Below are positions 53,832 to 64,000 of a DNA stretch of 64,000 bases, piece by piece. The notes below the pieces were generated by a model. The model did no database searches. It was not told the DNA's origin and was given only the letters and a program-made list of their open reading frames with translations. Position 1 is the stretch's first letter, and each line of letters begins with the position of its first letter. A program made the translations under genes and the position numbers. Source of the DNA: Lytechinus pictus (Eukaryota); contig NC_087245.1 in NCBI RefSeq assembly GCF_037042905.1, positions 23,128,001-23,192,000 of the forward strand, read 5' to 3'.

Positions 53832-56162
53832 GAAAATACAAGTATAAACGACTTCGTGTTTCGTTGGTTATCTGGTATTATATACAAACTGCAAAAAGTC
53901 AATGTGATATCATATATCAGTTATCGAAATGCAAGAAAGTTACGACAGGCATTCTCGATTTATTAACATTTTTTATTGTTAGTGAGCAATAAAGGTGTCA
54001 GCGTAAAGCGTAACGGGCTATGTTGTCTCTGAGTTAAAATCAAATAAAAGTCGTAAACTTGTATTTATGACACTTGTCACCGATGATATATGGGAAGCTT
54101 TCAGCATGTCAATACTGATGGAAACAGGGGAGCGTAAAACAAAGCTTAGCAAACATCGTATAATATTTTTGTTTTACGATTGATTGCATCGACTAAGATG
54201 TACCACCAGTCGTGGAAATCATGCGTATGATTAATCACAAATATTTGTGTTACGGGACCCAACGGTTACAAGTTAGCTGTAGACGCAAAATAAACCCTCG
54301 ATTGGGTTGTCGGATCACGACAACTGGTCTGAATTTTCAGACAACGTGTGCTAAATAGGATCGTGTACTGTAAGCTGAATAAGAAGGTTGATTTGTTTCA
54401 TCTGCTGACGACTCTGATAATTCTGATTCGACCAATTAATGTTCAATCTTGATATAATCATTTTGGGTTTTCCTCTCTCACTCTTTTTAAAGAAAAATAC
54501 AAGATCAAATGACGATATGTCAGTGAAAGGATTTAACTTGTGCAACACTTCTGTAAAGGCATGTAAATCTGTCAATGTGCATGCCATGGTCCGTGTAGAG
54601 CCACTTCGTGTATATTATGAACATACCTTGAACATACCTTGAAGCGCCGCAATTCCATCTTCACGTAGGTGGATATTAGTGTGGCAGGGTTTGGGGGGCT
54701 TTGTAGCCCATTAATTACCCAATTTTGATAATCTTTGTTTAACGATGGCCCTATATCTGGTCATTTCATTGCCCATCCAGATCTTTCTTGGTAACTTGGC
54801 CTGCATTGAGTCTGTTCCGATTTTGTTTTCAAAGCAGCAGCTAACTAAAACCAAACGAAAGTCTCTTAATGTACGATTAGATTGGTTAATTGAAAATCCA
54901 GGTTTGCTTTTTTTTCTGGTCTCTTTTTCATATTAAAACATCATGATGCAATAAAAAATGCATACGGCTAATTCTTCATTCGAGCAAAGATAAAATGATT
55001 TCATGCCCCCTTTTCATCGACATTACCCATTTAAAAATAAATCATAAATAATAAATATGATAAGTGAAAATACAACACAGTGGTTGAACCGAAATAGCCG
55101 GCCATATTCAATTTTAGGGACAGCACCTTCCCTGGCTCTCAAAACATCACCAATCCGCCAGTGTCGTCAGACATGATGTGATGTGTTTCGATCTATTTAT
55201 CAAGGCGCCATGAACCCCATCTTAGATCTCTCCCTCTACCACAAACCTTCAAGTTCATCCATCTCCGTGCTCTACATCACTATTCACTCCCATCCCTAGA
55301 TGTTTTAGCCAAATGTCACTCAATGACATTCATGTTTTCATGACACACATTTAGAGAAACAAACAATCATTGTGAAAATCCCCAAGCGAATTTCAACTAT
55401 GTACATGCCATGAGAACCAACTTTTAAAAGTCGTACACTCGGTATTTCGGTCACAGAGTACAAAATAAAAAGGTTGGGGATCTGTTTTTCAGCAAAAATG
55501 TAAAGGCGGATAAACGTGGGATTGGTCGTCCGCGTAGTTTACACTTCGTCATAACCAGGAGGCCTCGCTAGCAGCAGACTCGTATGAATTCAATGTCCCT
55601 TGTGAAAATATTGTTGTATTGTCTTCATTTTCTTTTACAAGGTTGGGAGTGAGAAAGAGATCCCATGTGGATGTAGTGAACATGGTCACCAGACGTTCCC
55701 ACAATCGACGGAAAAATTGCATGTTTTAACCGGGTTTCCAAAATTGTCATGAATTTTGTCAAATGCCTGATTTTATTTCAAACCCGAATTTACGCAATGT
55801 GTGCCCATAAACATGATAAATGCAATTCTGTCAATTTACATCCATTAACTTCATCGCTATTGTAAGGGATTACTGAGTATGTTTAGAAGAAGGAAGGGAC
55901 TCTCCGGAATGGAAAACTGCAAAATGATGTTCGACTTTTTTTTTCACTAGGCGTATTTGGGGGGGTTGGATGAGGCATGCATGGTGAGGAGGAATCATGA
56001 GAAAAATTGATTGTATTAGCCTAAGAAGGGCAAATAGATTGGACAAGAGGTGACACATACAGTAGAATGGGGGGGGGGGGTGAGAGTCAGACACAACAGA
56101 CAACGATCGAGAGCTTAAACGGGAGAGAGAGAGAAAGGGGGGGGGTGGTAGGAGATGAACAT

Positions 56163-56544
56163 CAGTGGCGTAATGGGCGGATATTTTGAAGAGGCCAGAT
56201 ATGCGAACGAGTATTTTTATGATACACTCTAAAAAACAAAGAGCTAATTTAGCTCATAAAGAGTGTGTATAGTGACTGCACTTCGGAGTGCTGATTTGTC
56301 TAGTTTAAATTTGAACGAGAAAAATCAGCACTCCGAAGTGCAGTCACTATACATGCTCTTTAAGAGCTAAATTAGCTCTTCGAAGCTCTTCGTTTTTTAG
56401 AGTGTATGTTGTGACATAATATTCAGAAAATAATGCTACATTTTACTCTTTCCATTTTCTTTTCATTCCTTTTTTTTCTTGGCCGTGAAACTTGGGGGGG
56501 GGGGCGTGCATGGCCCCGAAAATACTCCCATCTATACGCCAGTG
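56163..56544. mobile_element. Degenerate hAT-like MITE hosting a nested palindromic MITE
   Basis: CAGTGGCGTA...TACGCCAGTG with degenerate flanks ATGAACAT / ATGAGCAA. Confidence 0.6.
56225..56404. mobile_element. Near-perfect 180-bp palindromic MITE with TA TSD
   Basis: TA|CACTCTAAAAAAC...GTTTTTTAGAGTG|TA; arms agagctaatttagctc...gtgactgcacttcggagtgctgattt are mirrored. Confidence 0.88.
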
Positions 56545-58776
56545 ATGAGCAAAAAAAAAACTGAGGGGATACTGGACGAGATGGGGCGGAGAGTTATTTT
56601 TTTCTTTCAAAAATTTGCACAGAAACAAAGGTCGAGGGGTTTCTCGAACCCCACACCTGCTGCATCAACTAGGGCTATGGTTGGGGCTAGGGGGATGTCA
56701 GGAATGTACTTTACAGCTGGGAGACAGACTAGGTTAATATTTACCCTATGGGGTTAGTTAATGTCATGGGGAGGGTAACCCCCAATCCGTTGATGGATGG
56801 CTTGTATACACCCGACCTCATTTCGGGGCAAGACAGTCATCATCATCATCATCATTATTTCCATCTTTGCTGAAAGCCATGAACTTGAGTCTTTCAGACT
56901 TTCACTCTTTGATATCGCATTGCATACCTATTCCATCATGAACGAACAAGCCGGGAACGGGCCAACGAATGAGTAAAGGATTACTGTGGTTACGTTGGGT
57001 TCATGTGAACGACGCGTCCTTTTGCTTTTTTTTAACGAGAATACAACCCAAAATTGTTTGGAAGAAACAGGCAAATTCCGAACAAAAGTTTTAAGACAAA
57101 TTACAGACAAGGAATATAAAACGGTTTTGAAAATCTAGAAAGTTAACATTAATTTTCTAATCAGAAAACTGGAAATACACATTATGACAATTTCATAACC
57201 TAGTGTAAGATAAAACAAAATATCAAATTTCAGCTTTTAAATATCATCTTTGTATAATAGCTTTATATTACATATTGCACCTTTAGACGAGATATGAAAA
57301 TAAAAAGAAGAGAATAATTCTACATATCTTCACTAGCTGTGCTTGAAATATTTAAAGAATGCATCTGTGAATATCATTCGATTTCATACAAAAGTAACAC
57401 TTTTCAAGAAACTGTAGTCGATAATACTTATTTTAACTCATGACATGAACACATTTGCCGGCCTTATCATGCTTATGCTATCGTCTTCTAGCTTTAAAAT
57501 TGAGTTAAAAATTTAAAATTGACATGTGGCAAGCTATCAATAACTGATATCTATAGATAGAAATCAACATTCTTCTAATATCAAATCATTAATGTGAGAG
57601 GATCAAATAGGAAATAAGTTGGACTTGAATATTTATGTAGATGAAATAATATCGTTAAAACGATTAGTATATCGCATTCAGGCCTCAAATATTGTCTAAG
57701 AATATTGTCCAAGATCAGAAAAGTTATAAACGTTTACATACATGGATTTTGCACCCATGTTTGTAATTGTATGTAGTAATGTAGGGAGAATTACTTGATA
57801 AGGTTGAAGGTTGAGTGAAAATTGCTGACTACTGTCCTTCCGTTATAGTTGTATATGACGACCACCCGCCTGAATTATATCTAAATTGTAAGATACAGAT
57901 TGAGACTATTTTTTGTATGATATGAAAAGGAGCCATGTTTACTGTACGTGCTGTATGGATTCCACTTTCTCATTTTCTGGATTTTATCTAAGGATTTTTT
58001 TTCAAAGTCGCATCGAAATACAGAACAATTTGGAGGAAATACGTGGCGTGACAAACTAATGAATATAGTCATCCAGAAACATATCCCTTAATCTGATTTT
58101 TCAACATTTTTTTGACACCATTAACGCGTCATTTTACATATTTTTCTGGTAGTGCATTGTACATCAGTATCAGAATAATGTTCAGTCCGGGGGTGGGGGG
58201 GGGGGGGGTCTCCCTCTCTTCATCCGTCTCCATTCGTCACCTCAGCCTCTTGTCTTGCACATGTTTCAATTCGGATTTTTTCCACAAACATGTGTACCAA
58301 ATTACCCAAGAATTCCTATTGCGTTTCCGCTTGTAAGAATCATTTTGTGTGGGGTCGGTTCTCTATCCATTCCCCTCTCCATGCTCTCTGAAATTGTTGC
58401 TCGCTGCGTGAATATGGTTCCAGGTTCAAGTTAGACTTGTTGAAGTCTGAATGTCAATCAAGACACACTACCTCGACCTCATTTCACCTGGAACAGCATG
58501 ATATTAATCACCAATACACACAGTTATGATAATAATCGCCTCGTTAATATCAGGGTCGCTATAAGGTGTCCTATAAAAACACGCTTACATATAGGCCTAT
58601 ACATTGCGAAGAGTTATATCAGACATTTCATGCGAGATATATATGCCTTACCGCTCTTTAAAGGTCAAGTCCTCCCCAGGAAAATGCTGACTTGAATAAA
58701 TAGAGAAAAATCAAACTAGCATAGTGCTGAAAATTTCATCAAAATCGGATGTAAAATAAGAAAGTTATGACATTAA

Positions 58777-60815
58777 AGGAGAATGAAACCTTTGGAACAA
58801 GAAAGCTTGTGTGAAAACAGAAAAATCAAAGAAAAAGATCAACGAAAGTTTGAGAAAAATCGGACAAAATAATGAGAAAGTTATGAGCATTTGAATATTG
58901 CGATCACTAATGCTATGGAGATACTCACATTGGCATTGCGACGAAGATGTGTGATGTCACTTGTGAACAACTCTCCCTATTACTTTAGTATGTATTTCAC
59001 TTAAAGTTGAATTAAGAAGGGGGTGAGTTTCCATAAATATAGGTTCTACATACAATACATAGTATATATAAGTTGTTCAAACACATAGCATGTCACAATA
59101 ATCCTCTGCCTTCTCGATATTTTGCTTTGAAAGTCTATGAAATTAGCCACCTGTCAGAGCCCGAGAGACGAGTGTACAGAAAAGTCACTCGGAGTGTGAC
59201 GTCACCGGGGGGAATTTAGTATAAGAGGTGCCTGAATGTCATACAGAAATGCTATGCAGAGAGAGAAAGATATTTTACAATTTTTTTTCAAAGCAACTCA
59301 AATCAAACAAATAGGACTGATATGTACAAATCTTTACTTTCCCTGTATAAAAAACAGTATGAATAACCACCATGAACTCTTCAATCATGATGTAAGATAG
59401 CAAACAGTGAGTTATTGAATGATATTTTCACTATTTCTCATTTATTTTATCACGATGTTCAATCAAGTGAGTAGCTGGAAAGTAATTCCGGCGGCTAGCT
59501 CAGCGCGCGCTGAACGCATAATACTAGTACACACAACACCCTGGCATTGAGTGTACTGTTATGGTCTGGTATGTCGACTTAGTTCATGGCCGTGCAGCGA
59601 TCCCCTGGCGTTTTTTCTTCTTTTCTTTTGTCTTTGACTCCACTTTTATATCCTCTGGATCATTTCCACTCATAGCTCATTCCACAGAACAATCTTGAAC
59701 CAAACGTATATTCTTTCTCGGCCTTCTGAGTTGTTTTCTATATTTAATTACGCTAGGGGTCACCGTCACACATACAAACGCAATTCGGAAGTGAGTTGAA
59801 GACAGAAAGATATATAGTAATTAGTATACATCTCTATGGTTGAAGACAACAAGAACGGTACGGTAGCTCGACAGCTAGCTGCGCCGGAGCGGGCGGCCGG
59901 TCGGCACAAAGCAATTCCGCAACCAACTGTGTTTTTTTGCAAGAGCCGCGTCACACGCGGATAAATATGTCATAATAACACGTCTGCTACGTTATCGACT
60001 GGTGAGAAGATCTCGATCAAATTTCATATTATTCACCTTGAAATTATTCCTTTAGGGTCTATGGTATCATTCTGAGGGAATTCACATATTTGGAATAATA
60101 GTACGGCCACAAATATTTTAATCATTTCCTCTTTGCAAGTTCTATGGTTCGCAGATACAACTTCAACTGCAGTTATTCCATATGAAGGAGTACGTGCATA
60201 GTACACAAAACGGCACTGCCTTAATTACTACACCGGGACCGAATACCCCCCGGTGACGTCACACTCAAAGAACACCCGTCTCGGTAGGCATTGCAGGAGC
60301 GAACTCAGGGGAAATGGGTAGGGATAAATCGTTCAAATTCACTATTTTGAAAAAAGAAAATGGGGGGTCGAATCACCTATTAGTGTTTGGGGGGTTGTAA
60401 GGTTGCTATTAATGTAAATATCTCAATATTTGGAATCGTCTTCTTAATTCAACTTTAAACTGCCTCTTTTATCACATCTATCAGTAGATCATGTGTTCTT
60501 TCTGTGGGATGGGATGTAATACATCTTTAAAAAAATACATCATGGATAAAGAGTTTGTATCACCTTAAGAAAAAGCAAAAAGAGAAATTTTGGGGGTATT
60601 TTAGAGTCCATCGAAGGGAAAGTTGTTCACATGTGACATCACACATCCTTGTCGCATTGCCAATGGGAGGGTCTCCATAGCATTAGTGATTGCAATATTC
60701 AAATGCTCATAACTTTCTCATTATTTGTCCGATTTTTCTCAAACTTTCTTTGTTCTTATTCTTTGATTTTTCTGTCTCGACACAAGCCTATTTGTTCCAA
60801 ATGTTTCATTCTCCT
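58777..60815. mobile_element. TTAA-type MITE family D (middle element)
   Basis: TTAA|AGGAGAATGAAAC...GTTTCATTCTCCT|TTAA. Confidence 0.88.
59005..60454. mobile_element. 1.45-kb Kolobok-like non-autonomous element (inner element)
   Basis: TTAA|AGTTGAATTAAGAAG...CTTCTTAATTCAACT|TTAA; internal inverted motif GAGTGTGACGTCACCGGGGG / CCCCCGGTGACGTCACACTC. Confidence 0.88.
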
Positions 60816-62149
60816 TTAAAAATTTTCGCATATTTTTCACAAAACAGTGATATGCACAACTACGTGACTCAGTCGATGATGTCCATCACTTACTATTTCT
60901 TTTGTTTTTTATTGTTTGAATTATACAATATTTCATGTTTCATATAGATTTGACAATAAGGACCAACTTGATTAAACCATATAGTATTAAACAATGCTAA
61001 TTACACATGTTCAGGGAGGAATTAATCGTTGTTTCCCTTGACAATAAAGAGAAAATTAGAATATTTCGTATTTCATTATAATAAAATACAAAATAAATAG
61101 TGAGTGGATGATGTCATCGGTCTCCTCATTTGCATACCGACCAGGATGTGCATATAACTGTTTTGTGAAATTAAGCGAAACTTTAAAATGTCATAACTTT
61201 CTTAATTTATATCCGATTTTGATGAAATTTTCGGTATTATGCTTGTTGGATTTTTTTTAAATTCAAATCAATTTTTTGTTGGGGTGGACTTGTCCTTTAA
61301 TATCTCCATGGGGAAACAAAGTGGCAATCGTACTTATCGAAGTGGGAGACGCCCCCCCCCCCCCTCCTCAAAGGGGAGTGAACTTTCCCAATCATGGAAA
61401 TCCATGTTTACCACTATTCTTCATCGTCTTAATTTTTTTATTTTGGCCTCGAACACCTTTCTTTCCTAAATCATCAAAATAAACATAGTGTGATCGCTGT
61501 TCCAAAGAAATATTCTATTATCAGACCAAAAACTGTCATATTGGGCATTATCATCGCAATAGGCATGATGTATACCCGTTTCATTCAAACATGTAACCCT
61601 CCTGTTCTTCTCCAGTTTTCTTTTGTGAATGAACAAGCAAAGAGTTTGTTGAACGCTGCATCTCATTCCGTTCCAGTGACTCTCAATTGAAATTCATTAC
61701 TACGGTATTAGGACATTTGTATTGCGGTTAATTGGAAATCAGAGCCGATAAATAGAAGCCATGAAAAATATTCATAAATGGACAAAATGTAGCTTACTGT
61801 ATTATCCCCCCCCCCTCCATCAGTCAAAGAACCTTGCTTGTTCGAATTTTACATTCAGTGTTGATCGCTCGCTCAGAATCGTTTGTGATTCACTATGTAT
61901 CTGTTTTCGTAAAGTTTATTGTATTTTATTTTTATTTACTTATTTTTTCTTTATGGGGGCAGTATAGGGGTAGGGGACCTCTTTGTCATGTTATTTGTTT
62001 ATACCTTTCTGTATAAAGTAACTAAAATGATTTCACACAGTAGGCAAAGTTATGTTGTATAATGATTATATAGGCCTGTTATGCATTTTTTTCATGTTGT
62101 TACACGATGCCATGGATTTGTATATAATTTTATGGAAATTTTGAACAAA

Positions 62150-63400
62150 ATTTACCAATCAATCGATGAGGAAAAAAGTCTGCCGTTCAAAAGTTATTGA
62201 GGATCACGCATCGTTTTCACTTTTCAAAATTATTTTGTTATTAAATATTAAGTGCTATGATATATAAATGTTGGACGAGTTCAAATTCACTGGAATTCTA
62301 GTATTTGTTTATGGACTGTATATGCTGCGATTCCATACGGTTTGGGGGAAACTGACATACAAAATGTATAAAACAAAAATTATGTTCTATCGTCTTTCAC
62401 TTATTGTGATTCTTATCAGCAGGAGTACTTTGCATCGTTGTCTTATTTCATTTTTTTTTTCATTTGTCTACCAAATTTGAATCGATAAATAAAGATCGAG
62501 GCGATTCTTTTGATAATGATAACCACCTTCGAACTACTATACGACCTTCATTAGAATTCCATCAACCATGAAACATCTTTTATTTTTGTCTATACAACAG
62601 AGAAACGTTTCAAAACTCAAACATTCCTAAGTTAAAACTTCCCCATTAACAATTGACATAGAACTTGACAAACAAAAATGGGATTGTCTCAATTCAAAGG
62701 GGATGTTATTTCTTCACAAGCCCCACAATATTGACATGGGCAAGCTTTGGCAGTGAACTATACACGGTGGTGAGAGGACTCTATCAAAACAAACTATGCA
62801 GACCTCTCATGTCGACTGGTAAAAGTTCAAGTTCTAAATTCCTTCGTTTCTACAGAGGTGTTTCCATTTCTTTTATCATTCTTGAAATATTCAATCTTTT
62901 TTTGTCTTCTGTAAAACATTGGTGCATGCAAGCAGTTGATCGGTATTTGAACAGGAAAACTGCAAACAGGTTAAATTATACTTTGATGGTGTTTCTTGTA
63001 TCTCAGGGCAGAATACCTTCTTATTTCCTGTTTAAATTTCCCTGGTACTTGGAGATGTATCTATGGTTTCAAACCTTTTCTATTTCTTTCGACCATTTTT
63101 TCATTCTCTGGTTGTAAGATTTGCCGGTAATGTATACATTGTCATACAAGTCGAAGTTAATTTCCGGAAGCGATCCATTTGAAATGAAATGCATGTTAGG
63201 AGAAATTTCGAAACTGAAATCGACCAATGCACCTTATAACGTGAAAAGGTTTCGGCTACCATTTGCTAAAGATAAATGCGTTGTTGGACTATTAGCCAAG
63301 GTCGGACCTATCAATATTGATCTCATTTTAGACTGGCTCATTTTTTCATATGATTTACTGAGGTTTTTTTTTTTATCAAAACATACTCGAAATGTTTCAT
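62150..63400 (-). mobile_element. Possible highly decayed L1/Tx1-like LINE remnant
   Basis: The minus strand has a Cys cluster (ACPCQYCGACEE, then ETIPFLF in another frame) reminiscent of the ORF2 C-terminal zinc knuckle; many stops and frameshifts. Confidence 0.25.
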
Positions 63401-64000
63401 AATATCAATTTAAGAAAAACAAACAGTTAAATAAATCCCAACTAGTTAGGGAGTTGAAGAATGTCCCAAATATCTTCATAAAGTTCGCAGTACTGTATTA
63501 CAAATCCTTGATTGTAGGAGAGATTGGAGAAAAAAACTGTGCGATTGAGAAAATACAAGAAAAGACAAAGGTAATGTCATATAGAAGGGGCGGGGGTGGG
63601 ATAAAACGTATTACTGTACACCCCTCCCCAATTGTCATAAGTATGCACCTGTATGCGTTCGGAGCAAGTTGTTGCTAGTCTGCGATTACAGCCGAAGTGT
63701 GTGAGTGCGTGGTCATAGCTAAATTAATGTTACCATCGCATCAATGAATAACACCCAGCATTACTAACATAAAATACCACATCCCGAGACAAAATGACCA
63801 CCAAAATAAATAACCTCCATAAAAAGAAAGGGTGGCTTGAATTACAATTTTCATAATCTTACAGACTCCGATAAAATACAGCTTGCAGAGCGAGGTTATA
63901 ATTATTTTTTATGATAAAATATAATTGCTATACTGTATTTGGATATCTTACATAAATAGTGGCTATAATAATTGCCTGTTCTTGTATTGTTGATGTTTAA

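Larger units (their letters stand above)
58658..61300. mobile_element. Family A TTAA-type MITE (outer element of a triple nest)
   Basis: TTAA-AGGTCAAGTCCTCCCC...GGGGTGGACTTGTCCT-TTAA, interrupted at TTAA 58773-58776 / 60816-60819. Confidence 0.88.

Noticed and set aside
59470..59550. THAP-like start (MPGCCVY) on the minus strand inside the inner Kolobok-like element
   Set aside because: An immediate stop codon follows and no further THAP motifs are present; too short to support.

Overview
AT-rich, intron- and transposon-rich animal genomic DNA. The repeat families look echinoderm (sea-urchin)-like, which is an inference. Almost all ORFs in the supplied track are noise. The main result: the ~17-kb satellite-like tandem array at the start is probably the inside of a + strand protein-coding gene. 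Each 0.5-0.75-kb unit carries one 21-nt phase-1 microexon (tttttatAG|GCAGTGACAGCGGTAACAGCG|GTAAGT), 25 copies in the array, each encoding the heptad G/V-S-D-S-G-N/K-S. Eight more phase-1 exons follow in frame: four acidic Gly/Asp/Ser exons, a poly-Pro linker exon, two exons encoding a Cys-containing beta-rich domain, and a terminal exon with the stop at 28390-28392. The predicted product is ~366 aa within the window; the 5' end lies upstream. The rest of the window holds a near-intact CR1-group LINE ORF2 (44.8-48.4 kb), a Penelope-like relic with inverted 3' duplication and hammerhead-like cores, a tRNA-derived SINE, a Tsp/Helentron-like element, and many MITEs, including a three-level TTAA nest at 58.7-61.3 kb.
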